Origin: the human T2T-CHM13v2.0 reference genome, Homo sapiens
DNA: 64,000 nucleotides
Reading direction: 5' to 3' (one strand)
Assembly: GCF_009914755.1 (NCBI RefSeq)
Contig: NC_060931.1
Under the pieces are notes generated by a model. It saw nothing but the letters and a program-made list of their open reading frames with translations. It was not told the origin of the DNA and did no database searches. Positions 1 to 13,700 of the stretch are shown here, in pieces (the stretch's first letter is position 1; the number at the start of each line of letters is the position of its first letter). Both the position numbers and the translations under genes were made by a program.

Positions 1-368
1 AGTGGATATTTGGACCTCTTTGAGGCCTTCTTTGCAAACGGGGTTTCTTCCTTTAATGCTAGACTAAGAAGAGTTCTCAGTAACTTTTTTGTGTTGTGTG
101 TATTCAACTCACAGAGTTGAACCTTGCTTTAGAGAGAGCAGATTTGAAACACTCTTGCTATGGCATTTTCAGGTGGAGATTTCAAGCGATTTGAGGACAA
201 TTGCAGAAAAGGAAATATCTTCGTATAATAACCAGACAGAATCATTCTCAGAAAGTGCTTTGTGATGTGTGCGTTCAACTCACAGAGTTTAACCTTTCTT
301 TTCATAGAGGAGTTTGGAAACACACTGTTTGTAAAGTCTGCAAGTGGATATATGGACCTGTTTGAGGC

Positions 369-385
369 CTTCGTTGGAAACGGGA
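369..385 (+). other. CENP-B box, canonical (representative; repeated about every 340 bp through the HOR array)
   Basis: CTTCGTTGGAAACGGGA exact; the next copy is at 709-725. Confidence 0.97.
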
Positions 386-1728
386 TTTTATCATATAATG
401 CTAGAGGGAGGAATTCTCAGTAAATTCTTAGTGTTGTGTGCATTCAACTCACAGAGTGGAACGTCCCTTTAGACAGAGCAGATTTGAAACACTCTTTTTG
501 CGGAATTTGCAAGTGGAGACTTCTAGCCATTTGATGCCAACAGTAGAAAGGGAAATATCTTCAAATAAAAACTAGACAGAATCATCCTCAGAAAATTCTT
601 TGTGATGTGTGCGTTCAACTCACATAGTTTAACCTTTCTTTTCATAGAGCAGTTTGGAAACACTCTGTTGGTAATGTCTGCAAGTGGATATATGGACCGC
701 TTTGAGGCCTTCGTTGGAAACGGGATTTCTTCATTTCATGCTAGACAGAAGAATTCTCAGTAACTTCTTTGTGTTGTGTGTATTCAACTCACAGATTGGA
801 ACGTCCCTTTACACAGAGCAGATTTGAAACACTCTTTTTGTGGAATTTGCAAGTGGAGATTTCAAGCGATTTGATGCCAACAGTAGAAAAGGAAATATCT
901 GCAAATAAAAACTAGACAGAATCATTCTCAGAAAGTGCTTTGTGATGTGTGCGTTCAACTCACAGAGTTTAACCTTTCTTTTCACAGAGGAGTTTGGAAA
1001 CACACTGTTTGTAAAGTCTGCAATTGGATATATGGACCTGTTTGAGGCCTTCGTTGGAAACGGGATTTCTTCATTGAATGCTAGACGGAAGAATTCTCAG
1101 TAAATTCTTTGTGTTGTGTGCATTCAACTCACAGAGTGGAACGTCCCTTTAGACAGAGCAGATTTGAAACACTCTTTTTGCGGAATTTGCAATTGGAGAT
1201 TTCTAGCCATTTGATGCCAACAGTAGAAAGGGAAATATCTTCAAATAAAAACCAGACAGAATCATTCTCAGAAAATTCTTTGTGATGTGTGCGTTCAACT
1301 CACATAGTTTAACCTTTCTTTTCATAGAGCAGTTTGGAAACACTCTGTTGGTAATGTCTGCAAGTGGATATATGGACCGCTTTGAGGCCTTCGTTGGAAA
1401 CGGGATTTCTTCATTTCATGCTAGACAGAAGAATTCTCAGTAACTTCTTTGTGCTGTGTGTATTCAACTCACAGAGTGGAACGTCCCTTTGCACAGAGCA
1501 GATTTGAAACACTCTTTTTGTGGAATTTGCAAGTGGAGATTTCAAGCTATTTGATGCCAACAGTAGAAAAGGAAATATCTTCTAATAAAAACTAGACAGA
1601 ATCATTCTCAGAAACTACTTTGTGATGTGTGCCTTCAACTCACAGAGTTTAACCTTTCTTTTCTTAGAGCAGTTTAGAAACACTCTGCTTGTTATGTCTG
1701 CAAGTGGGTATTTGGACCTCTTTGAGGC

Positions 1729-1745
1729 CTTCGTTGCAAACGGGG
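1729..1745 (+). other. CENP-B box variant of the X dimer (representative)
   Basis: CTTCGTTGCAAACGGGG keeps the core nTTCGnnnnAnnCGGGn. Confidence 0.85.
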
Positions 1746-4700
1746 TTTCTTCCTTTCATGCTAGACTAAGAAGAGTTCTCAGTAACTTTTTTGTGTTGTG
1801 TGTATTCAACTCACAGAGTTGAACCTTGCTTTAGAGAGAGCAGATTTGAAACACTCTTGCTGTGGCATTTTCAGGTGGAGATTTCAAGCGATTTGAGGAC
1901 AATTGCAGAAAAGGAAATATCTTCGTATAATAACCAGACAGAATCATTCTCAGAAAGTGCTTTGTGATGTGTGCGTTCAACTCACATAGTTTAACCTTTC
2001 TTTTCATAGAGGAGTTTGGAAACACACTGTTTGTAAAGTCTGCAAGTGGATATATGGACATGTTTGAGGCCTTCGTTGGAAACGGGATTTTATCATATAA
2101 TGCTAGACGGAAGAATTCTCAGTAAATTCTTTGTGTTGTGTGCATTCAACTCACAGAGTGGAACGTCCCTTTAGACAGAGCAGATTTGAAACACTCTTTT
2201 TGCGGAATTTGCAAGTGGAGATTTCTAGCCATTTGATGCCAACAGTAGAAAGGGAAATATTTTCAAATAAAAACTAGACAGAATCATCCTCAGAAAATTC
2301 TTTGTGATGTGTGCGTTCAACTCACATAGTTTAACCTTTCTTTTCATAGAGCAGTTTGGAAACACTCTATTGGTAATCTCTGCAAGTGCATATATGGACC
2401 GCTTTGAGGCCTTCGTTGGAAACGGGATTTCTTCATTTCATGCTAGACAGAAGAATTCTCAGTAACTTCTTTGTGTTGTGTGTATTCAACTCACAGATTG
2501 GAACGTCCCTTTACACAGAGCAGATTTGAAACACTCTTTTTGTGGAATTTGCAAGTGGAGATTTCAAGCAATTTGATGCCAACAGTAGAAAAGGAAATAT
2601 CTGCAAATAAAAACTAGACAGAATCATTCTCAGAAAGTGCTTTGTGATGTGTGCGTTCAACTCACAGAGTTTAACCTTTCTTTTCATAGAGGAGTTTGGA
2701 AACACACTGTTTGTAAAGTCTGCAATTGGATATATGGACCTGTTTGAGGCCTTCGTTGGAAACGGGATTTCTTCATTGAATGCTAGACGGAAGAATTCTC
2801 AGTAAATTCTTTGTGTTGTGTGCATTCAACTCACAGAGTGGAACGTCCCTTTAGACAGAGCAGATTTGAAACACTCTTTTTGCGGAATTTGCAAGTGGAG
2901 ATTTCTAGCCATTTGATGCCAACAGTAGAAAGGGAAATATCTTCAAATAAAAACCAGACAGAATCATTCTCAGAAAATTCTTTGTGATGTGTGCGTTCAA
3001 CTCACATAGTTTAACCTTTCTTTTTATAGAGCAGTATGGAAACACTCTGTTGGTAATGTCTGCAAGTGGATATATGGACCGCTTTGAGGCCTTCGTTGGA
3101 AACGGGATTTCTTCATTTCATGCTAGACAGAAGAATTCTCAGTAACTTCTTTGTGTTGTGTGTATTCAACTCACAGATTGGAACGTCCCTTTACACAGAG
3201 CAGATTTGAAACACTCTTTTTGTGGAATTTGCAAGTGGAGATTTCAAGCGATTTGATGCCAACAGTAGAAAAGGAAATATCTGCAAATAAAAACTAGACA
3301 GAATCATTCTCAGAAAGTGCTTTGTGATGTGTGCGTTCAACTCACAGAGTTTAACCTTTCTTTTCATAGAGGAGTTTGGAAACACACTGTTTGTAAAGTC
3401 TGCAATTGGATATATGGACCTGTTTGAGGCCTTCGTTGGAAACGGGATTTCTTCATTGAATGCTAGACGGAAGAATTCTCAGTAAATTCTTTGTGTTGTG
3501 TGCATTCAACTCACAGAGTGGAACGTCCCTTTAGACAGAGCAGATTTGAAACACTCTTTTTGCGGAATTTGCAAGTGGAGATTTCTAGCCATTTGATGCC
3601 AACAGTAGAAAGGGAAATATCTTCAAATAAAAACCAGACAGAATCATTCTCAGAAAATTCTTTGTGATGTGTGCGTTCAACTCACATAGTTTAACCTTTC
3701 TTTTCATAGAGCAGTTTGGAAACACTTTGTTTGTAAAGTCTGCAAGTGGATATATGGACCGCATTGAGGCCTTCGTTGGAAACGGGATTTCTTCATTTCA
3801 TGCTAGACAGAAGAATTCTCAGTAACTTCTTTGTGCTGTGTGTATTCAACTCACAGAGTGGAACGTCCCTTTATACAGAGCAGATTTGAAACACTCTTTT
3901 TGTGGAATTTGCAAGTGGAGATTTCAAGCGATTTGATGCCAACAGTAGAAAAGGAAATATCTTCAAATAAAAACTAGACAGAATCATTCTCAGAAACTAC
4001 TTTGTGATGTGTGCCTTCAACTCACAGAGTTTAACCTTTCTTTTCTTAGAGCAGTTTAGAAACACTCTGCTTGTTATGTCTGCAAGTGGATATTTGGACC
4101 TCTTTGAGGCCTTCATTGCAAACGGGGTTTCTTCCTTTAATGCTAGACTAAGAAGAGTTCTCAGTAACTTTTTTGTGTTGTGTGTATTCAACTCACAGAG
4201 TGGAACCTTGCTTTAGAGAGAGCAGATTTGAAACACTCTTGCTGTGGCGTTTTCAGGTGGAGATTTCAAGCGATTTGAGGACAATTGCAGAAAAGGAAAT
4301 ATCTTCGTATAATAACCAGACAGAATCATTCTCAGAAAGTGCTTTGTGATGTGCGCGTTCAACTCACAGAGTTTAACCTTTCTTTTCATAGAGGAGTTTG
4401 GAAACACACTGTTTGTAAAGTCTGCAAGTGGATATATGGACCTGTTTGAGGCCTTCGTTGGAAACGGGATTTCTTCATTGAATGCTAGACGGAAGAATTC
4501 TCAGTAAATTCTTTGTGTTGTGTGCATTCAACTCACAGAGTGGAACGTCCCTTTAGACAGAGCAGATTTGAAACACTCTTTTTGCGGAATTTGCAAGTGG
4601 AGATTTCTAGCCATTTGATGCCAACAGTAGAAAGGGAAATATCTTCAAATAAAAACCAGACAGAATCATTCTCAGAAAATTCTTTGTGATGTGTGCGTTC

Positions 4701-7700
4701 AACTCACAGAGTTTAACCTTTCTTTTCATAGAGGAGTTTGGAAACACTCTGTTTGTAAAGTCTGCAAGTGGATATATGGACCGCATTGAGGCCTTCGTTG
4801 GAAACGGGATTTCTTCATTTCATGCTAGACAGAAGAATTCTCAGTAACTTCTTTGTGCTGTGTGTATTCAACTCACAGAGTGGAACGTCCCTTTGCACAG
4901 AGCAGATTTGAAACACTCTTTTTGTGGAATTTGCAAGTGGAGATTTCAAGCGATTTGATGCCAACAGTAGAAAAGGAAATATCTTCAAATAAAAACTAGA
5001 CAGAATCATTCTCAGAAACTACTTTGTGAAGTGTGCCTTCAACTCACAGAGTTTAACCTTTCTTTTCATAGAGGAGTTTGGAAACACACTGTTTGTAATG
5101 TCTGCAATTGGATATATGGACCTGTTTGAGGCCTTCGTTGGAAACGGGATTTCTTCATTGAATGCTAGACGGAAGAATTCTCAGTAAATTCTTTGTGTTG
5201 TGTGCATTCAACTCACAGAGTGGAACGTCCCTTTAGACAGAGCAGATTTGAAACACTCTTTTTGCGGAATTTGCAAATGGAGATTTCTAGCCATTTGATG
5301 CCAACAGTAGAAAGGGAAATATCTTCAAATAAAAACCAGACAGAATCATTCTCAGAAAATTCTTTGTGATGTGTGCGTTCAACTCACATAGTTTAACCTT
5401 TCTTTTCATAGAGCAGTTTGGAAACACTCTGTTTGTAAAGTCTGCAAGTGGATATATGGACCGCATTGAGGCCTTCGTTGGAAACGGGATTTCTTCATTT
5501 CATGCTAGACAGAAGAATTCTCAGTAACTTCTTTGTGCTGTGTGTATTCAACTCACAGAGTGGAACGTCCCTTTACACAGAGCAGATTTGAAACACTCTT
5601 TTTGTGGAATTTGCAAGTGGAGATTTCAAGCGATTTGATGCCAACAGCAGAAAAGGAAATATCTTCAAATAAAAACTAGACAGAATCATTCTCAGAAACT
5701 ACTTTGTGATGTGTGCCTTCAACTCACAGAGTTTAACCTTTCTTTTCTTAGAGCAGTTTAGAAACACTCTGCTTGTTATGTCTGCAAGTGGATATTTGGA
5801 CCTCTTTGAGGCCTTCGTTGCAAACGGGGTTTCTTCCTTTAATGCTAGACTAAGAAGAGTTCTCAGTAACTTTTTTGTGTTGTGTGTATTCAACTCACAG
5901 AGTTGAACCTTGCTTTAGAGAGAGCAGATTTCAAACACTCTTGCTGTGGCATTTTCAGGTGGAGATTTCAAGCGATTTGAGGACAATTGCAGAAAAGGAA
6001 ATATCTTCGTATAATAACCAGACAGAATCATTCTCAGAAAGTGCTTTGTGATGTGCGCGTTCAACTTACAGAGTTTAACCTTTCTTTTCATAGAGGAGTT
6101 TGGAAACACACTGTTTGTAAAGTCTGCAAGTGGATATATGGACCTGTTTGAGGCCTTCGTTGGAAACGGGATTTCTTCATTGAATGCTAGACGGAAGAAT
6201 TCTCAGTAAATTCGTTCTGTTGTGTGCATTCAACTCACAGAGTGGAACGTCCCTTTAGACAGAGCACATTTGAAACACTCTTTTTGCGGAATTTGCAAGT
6301 GGAGATTTCTAGCCATTTGATGCCAACAGTAGAAAGGGAAATATCTTCAAATAAAAACTAGACAGAATCATCCTCAGAAAATTCTTTGTGATGTGTGCGT
6401 TCAACTCACATAGTTTAAACTTTCTTTTCATAGAGCAGTTTGGAAACACTCTGTTGGTAATGTCTGCAAGTGGATATATGGACCGCTTTGAGGCCTTCGT
6501 TGGAAATGGGATTTCTTCATTTCATGCTAGAAAGAAGAATTCTCAGTAACTTCTTTGTGTTGTGTGTATTCAACTCACAGATTGGAACGTCCCTTTACAC
6601 AGAGCAGTTTTGAAACACTCTTTTTGTGTAATTTGCAAGTGGAGATTTCAAGCGATTTGATGCCAACAGTTGAAAAGGAAATATCTGCAATTAAAAACTA
6701 GACAGAATCATTCTCAGAAAGTGCTTTGTGATGTGTGCCTTCAACTCACAGAGTTTAACCTTTCTTTTCATAGAGGAGTTTGGAAACACACTGTTTGTAA
6801 AGTCTGCAATTGGATATATGGACCTGTTTGAGGCCTTCGTTGGAAACGGGATTTCTTCATTGAATGCTAGACGGAAGAATTCTCAGTAAATTCTTTGTGT
6901 TGTGTGCATTCAAGTCACAGAGTGGAACGTCCCTTTAGACAGAGCAGATTTGAAACACTCTTTTTGCGGAATTTGCTAGTGGAGATTTCTAGCCATTTGA
7001 TGCCAACAGTAAAAAGGGAAATATCTTCAAATAAAAACCAGACAGAATCATTCTCAGAAAATTCTTTGTGATGTGTGCGTTCAACTCACATAGTTTAACC
7101 TTTCTTTTCATAGAGCAGTTTGGAAACACTCTGTTTGTTAAGTCTGCAAGTGGATATATGGACCGCATTGAGGCCTTCGTTGGAAACGGGATTTCTTCAT
7201 TTCATGCTAGACAGAAGAATTCTCAGTAACTTCTTTGTGCTGTGTGTATTCAACTCACAGAGTGGAACGACCCTTTGCACAGAGCAGATTTGAAACACTC
7301 TTTTTGTGGAATTTGCAAGTGGAGATTTCAAGCGATTTGATACGAACAGCAGAAAAGGAAATATCTTCAAATAAAAACTAGACAGAATCATTCTCAGAAA
7401 CTATTTTGTGATGTGTGCCTTCAACTCACAGAGTTTAACCTTTCTTTTCTTAGAGCAGTTTAGAAACACTCTGCTTGATATGTCTGCAGGTGGATATTTG
7501 GACCTTTTTGAGGCCTTCGTTGCAAACGGGGTTTCTTCCTTTAATGCTAGACTAAGAAGAGTTCTCAGTAACTTTTTTGTGTTGTGTGTATTCAACTCAC
7601 AGAGTTGAACCTTGCTTTAGAGAGAGCAGATTTGAAACACTCTTGCTGTGGCATTTTCAGGTGGAGATTTCAAGCGCTTTGAGGACAATTGCAGAAAAGG

Positions 7701-10700
7701 AAATATCTTCGTATAATAACCAGACAGAATCATTCTCAGAAAGTGCTTTGTGATGTGTGCGTTCAACTCACAGAGTTTAACCTTTCTTTTCATAGAGGAG
7801 TTTGGAAACACACTGTTTGTAAAGTCTGCAATTGGATATATGGACCTTTTTGAGGCCTTCGTTGGAAACGGGATTTTATCATATAATGCTAGACGGAAGA
7901 ATTCTCAGTAAATTCTTTGTGTTGTGTGCATTCAACTCACAGAGTGGAACGTCCCTTTAGATAGAGCAGATTTGTAACACTCTTTTTGCGGAATTTGCAA
8001 GTGGAGATTTCTAGCCATTTCATGCCAACAGTAGAAAGGGAAATATCTTCAAATAAAAACTAGACAGAATCATCCTCAGAAAATTCTTTGTGATGTGTGC
8101 GTTCAACTCACATAGTTTAACCTTTCTTTTCATAGAGCAGTTTGGAAACACTCTGTTGGTAAAGTCTGCAAGTGGATATATGGACCGCATTGAGGCCTTC
8201 GTTGGAAACGGGATTTCTTCATTTCATGCTAGACAGAAGAATTCTCAGTAACTTCTTTGTGTTGTGTGTATTCAACTCACAGATTGGAACGTCCCTTTAC
8301 ACAGAGCAGATTTGAAACACTCTATTTGTGGAATTTGCAAGTGGAGATTTCAAGCGATTTGATGCCAACAGTAGAAAAGGAAATATCTTCAAATAAAAAC
8401 TACACAGAATCATTCTCAGAAAGTGCTTTGTGATGTGTGCGTTCAACTCACAGAGTTTAACCTTTCTTTTCATAGAGGAGTTTGGAAACACATTGTTTGT
8501 AAAGTCTGCAATTGGATATATGTACCTGTTTGAGGCCTTCGTTGGAAACGGGATTTCTTCATTGAATGCTAGACGGAAGAATTCTCAGTAAATTCTTTGT
8601 GTTGTGTGCCTTCAACTCACAGAGTGGAACGTCCCTTTAGACAGAGCAGATTTGAAACACTCTTTTTGCGGAATTTGCAAGTGGAGATTTCTAGCCATTT
8701 GATGCCAACAGTAGAAAGGGAAATATCTTCAAATAAAAACTAGACAGAATCATCCTCAGAAACTTCTTTGTGATTTGTGCCTTCAACTCACAGAGTTTAA
8801 CCTTTCTTTTCTTAGAGCAGTTTAGAAACACTCTGCTTGTTATGTCTGCAAGTGGATATTTGGACCTCTTTGAGGCCTTCATTGCAAACGGGGTTTCTTC
8901 CTTTAATGCTAGACTAAGAAGAGTTCTCAGTAACTTTTTTGTGTTGTGTGTATTCAACTCACAGAGTTGAACCTTGCTTTAGAGAGAGCAGATTTGAAAC
9001 ACTCTTGCTGTGGCATTTTCAGGTGGAGATTTCAAGCGATTTGAGGACAATTGCAGAAAAGGAAATATCTTCGTATAATAACCAGACAGAATCATTCTCA
9101 GAAAGTGCTTTGTGATGTGTGCGTTCAACTCACAGAGTTTAACCTTTCTTTTCATAGACGAGTTTGGAAACACACTGTTTGTAAAGTCTGCAAGTGGATA
9201 TATGGACCTGTTTGATGCCTTCGTTGGAAACGGGATTTTATCATATAATGCTAGACGGAAGAATTCTCAGTAAATTCTTTGGGTTGTGTGCATTCAACTC
9301 ACAGAGTGGAACGTCCCTTTAGACAGAGCAGATTTGAAACACTCTTTTTGCGCAATTTGCAAGTGGAGATTTCTATCCATTTGATGCCAACAGTAGAAAG
9401 GGAAATATCTTCAAATAAAAACAAGACAGAATCATCCTCAGAAAATTCTTTGTGATGTGTGCGTTCAACTCACATAGTTTAACCTTTCTTTTCATAGAGC
9501 AGTTTGGAAACACTCTGTTGGTAATGTCTGCAAGTGGATATATGGACCGCTTTGAGGCCTTCGTTGGAAACGGGATTTCTTCATTTCATGCTAGACAGAA
9601 GAATTCTCAGTAACTTCTTTGTGTTGTGTGTATTCAACTCACAGATTGGAACGTCCCTTTACACAGAGCAGATTTGAAACACTCTTTTTGTGGAATTTGC
9701 AAGCGGAGATTTCAAGCGATTTGATGCCAACAGTAGAAAAGGAAATATCTGCAAATAAAAACTAGACAGAATCATTCTCAGAAACTACTTTGTGATGTGT
9801 GCCTTCAACTCACAGAGTTTAACCTTTCTTTTCTTAGAGCAGTTTAGAAACACTCTGCTTGTTATGTCTGCAAGTGGATATTTGGACCTCTTTGAGGCCT
9901 TCGTTGCAAACGGGGTTTCTTCCTTTAATGCTAGACTAAGAAGAGTTCTCAGTAACTTTTTTCTGTTGTGTGTATTCAACTCACAGAGTTGAACCTTGCT
10001 TTAGAGAGAGCAGATTTGAAACACTCTTGCTGTGGCATTTTCAGGTGGAGATTTCAAGCGATTTGAGGACAATTGCAGAAAAGGAAATATCTTCGTATAA
10101 TAACCAGACAGAATCATTCTCAGAAAGTGCTTTGTGATGAGTGCGTTCAACTCACAGAGTTTAACCTTTCTTTTCATAGAGGAGTTTGGAAACACACTGT
10201 TTGTAAAGTCTGCAATTGGATATATGGACCTGTTTGAGGCCTTCGTTGGAAACGGGATTTCTTCATTGACTGCTACACGGAAGAATTCTCAGTAAATTCT
10301 TTGTGTTGTGTGCATTCAACTCACAGAGTGGAACGTCCCTTTAGACAGAGCAGATTTGAAACAATCTTTTTGCGGAATTTGCAAGTGGAGATTTCTAGCC
10401 ATTTGATGCCAACAGTAGAAAGGGAAATATCTTCAAATAAAAACTAGACAGAATCATCCTCAGAAAATTCTTTGTGATGTGTGCGTTAAACTCACATATT
10501 TTAACCTTTCTTTTCATAGAGCAGTTTGGAAACACTCTGTTGGTAAAGTCTGCAAGTGGATATATGGACCGCATTGAGGCCTTCGTTGGAAACGGGATTT
10601 CTTCATTTCATGCTAGACAGAAGAATTCTCAGTAACTTCTTTGTGCTGTGTGCATTCAACTCACAGAGTGGAACGTCCCTTTACACAGAGCAGATTTGAA

Positions 10701-13700
10701 ACACTCTTTTTGTGGAATTTGCAAGTGGAGATTTCAAGCGATTTGATGCCAACAGTAGAAAAGGAAATATCTTCAAATAAAAACTAGACAGAATCATTCT
10801 CAGAAACTTGTTTGTGATGTGTCCCTTCAACTCACAGAGTTTAACCTTTCTTTTCTTAGAGCAGTTTAGAAACACTCTGCTTGTTATGTCTGCAAGTGGA
10901 TATTTGGACCTCTTTGAGGCCTTCGTTGCAAACGGGGTTTCTTCCTTTCATGCTAGACTAAGAAGAGTTCTCAGTAACTTTTTTGTGTTGTGTGTATTCA
11001 ACTCACAGAGTTGAACCTTGCTTTAGAGAGAGCAGATTTGAAACACTCTTGCTGTGGCATTTTCAGGTGGAGATTTCAAGCGATTTGAGGACAATTGCAC
11101 AAAAGGAAATATGTTCGTGTAATAACCAGACAGAATCATTCTCAGAAAGTGCTTTGTGATGTGTGCGTTCAACTCACGGAGTTTAACCTTTCTTTTCATA
11201 GAGGAGTTTGGAAACACACTGTTTGTAAAGTCTGCAAGTGGATATATGGACCTGTTTGAGGCCTTCGTTGGAAAAGGGATTTTATCATATAATGCTAGAC
11301 GGAAGAATTCTCAGTAAATTCTTTGTGTTGTGTGCATTCACCTCACAGAGTGGAACGTCCCTTTAGACAGAGCAGATTTGAAACACTCTTTTTGCGGAAT
11401 TTGCAAGTGGAGATTTCTAGCCATTTGATGCCGACAGTAGAAAGGGAAATATCTTCAAATAAAAACTAGACAGAATCATCCTCAGAAAATTCTTTGTGAT
11501 GTGTGCGTTCAACTCACATAGTTTAACCTTTCTTTTCATAGAGCAGTTTGGAAACACTCTGTTGGTAAAGTCTGCAAGTGGATATATGGACCGCATTGAG
11601 GCCTTCGTTGGAAACGGGATTTCTTCATTTCATGCCAGACAGAAGAATTCTCAGTAACTTCTTTGTGTTGTGTGTATTCAACTCACAGATTGGAACGTCC
11701 CTTTACACAGAGCAGATTTGAAACACTCTTTTTGTGGAATTTGCAAGCGGAGATTTCAAGCGATTTGATGCCAACAGTAGAAAAGGAAATATCTGCAAAT
11801 AAAAACTAGACAGAATCATTCTCAGAAAGTGCTTTGTCATGTGTGCCTTCAACTCACAGAGTTTAACCTTTCTTTTCATAGAGGAGTTTGGAAACACACT
11901 GTTTGTAAAGTCTGCAATTGGATATATGGACCTGTTTGAGGCCTTCGTTGGAAACGGGATTTCTTCATTTCATGCTAGACAGAAGAATTCTCAGTAACTT
12001 CTTTGTGTTGTGTGTATTCAACTCACAGATTGGAACGGCCTTTTACACAGAGCAGATTTGAAACACTCTTTTTGTGGAATTTGCAATGGAGATTTCAAGC
12101 GATTTGATGCCAACAGTAGAAAAGGAAATATCTTCAAATAAAAACTAGACAGAATCATTCTCAGAAAGTGCTTTGAGATGTGTGCGTTCAACTCACAGAG
12201 TTTAACCTTTCTTTTCATAGAGGAGTTTGGAAACACACTGTTTGTAAAGTCTGCAATTGGATATATGGACCTGTTTGAGGCCTTCGTTGGAAACGGGATT
12301 TCTTCATTGAATGCTAGACGGAAGAATTCTCAGTAAATTCTTTGTGTTGTGTGCATTCAACTCACAGAGTGGAACGTCCCTTTAGACAGAGCAGATTTGA
12401 AACACTCTTTTTGCGGAATTTGCAAGTGGAGATTTCTAGCCATTTGATGCCAACAGTAGAAAGGGAAATATCTTCAAATAAAAACCAGACAGAATCATTC
12501 TCAGAAAATTCTTTGTGATGTGTGCGTTCAACTCACATAGTTTAACCTTTCCTTTCATAGAGCAGTTTGGAAACACTCTGTTTGTAATGTCTGCAAGTGG
12601 ACATATGGACCGCATTGAGGCCTTCGTTGGAAACGGGATTTCTTCATTTCATGCTAGACAGAAGAATTCTCAGTAACTTCTTTGTGCTGTGTGTATTCAA
12701 CTCACAGAGTGGAACGTCCCTTTGCACAGAGCAGATTTGAAACACTCTTTTTGTGGAATTTGCAAGTGGAGATTTCAAGCGATTTGATGCCAACAGTAGA
12801 AAAGGAAATATCTTCAAATAAAAACTAGACAGAATCATTCTCAGAAACTACTTTGTGATGTGTGCCTTCAACTCACAGAGTTTAACCTTTCTTTTCTTAG
12901 AGCAGTTTAGAAACACTCTGCTTGTTATGTCTGCAAGTGGATATTTGGACCTCTTTGAGGCCTTCGTTGCAAACGGGATTTCTTCCTTTAATGCTAGACT
13001 AAGAAGAGTTCTCAGTAACTTTTTTGTGTTGTGTGTATTCAAATCACAGAGTTGAACCTTGCTTTAGAGAGAGCAGACTTGAAACACTCTTGCTGTGGCA
13101 TTTTCAGGTGGAGATTTCAAGCGATTTGAGGACAATTGCAGAAAAGGTAATATCTTCGTATAATAACCAGACAGAATCATTCTCAGAAACTGCTTTGTGA
13201 TGTGTGCGTTCAACTCACAGAGTTTAACCTTTCTTTTCATAGAGGAGTTTGGAAACACACTGTTTGTAAAGTCTGCAAGTGGATATATGGACCTGTTTGA
13301 GGCCTTCGTTGGAAACGGGATTTCTTCATTGAATGCTAGACGGAAGAATTCTCAGTAAATTCTTTGTGTTGTGTGCATTCAACTCACAGAGTGGAACGTC
13401 CCTTTAGACAGAGCAGATTTGAAACACTCTTTTTGCGGAATTTGCAAGTGGAGATTTCTAGCCATTTGATGCCAACAGTAGAAAGGGAAATATCTTCAAA
13501 TAAAAACCAGACAGAATCATTCTCAGAAAATTCTTTGTGATGTGTGCGTTCAACTCACATAGTTTAACCTTTCTTTTCATAGAGCAGTTTGGAAACACTC
13601 TGTTTGTAAAGTCTGCACGTGGATATATGGACCGCATTGAGGCCTTCGTTGGAAACGGGATTTCTTCATTTCATGCTAGACAGAAGAATTCTCAGTAACT

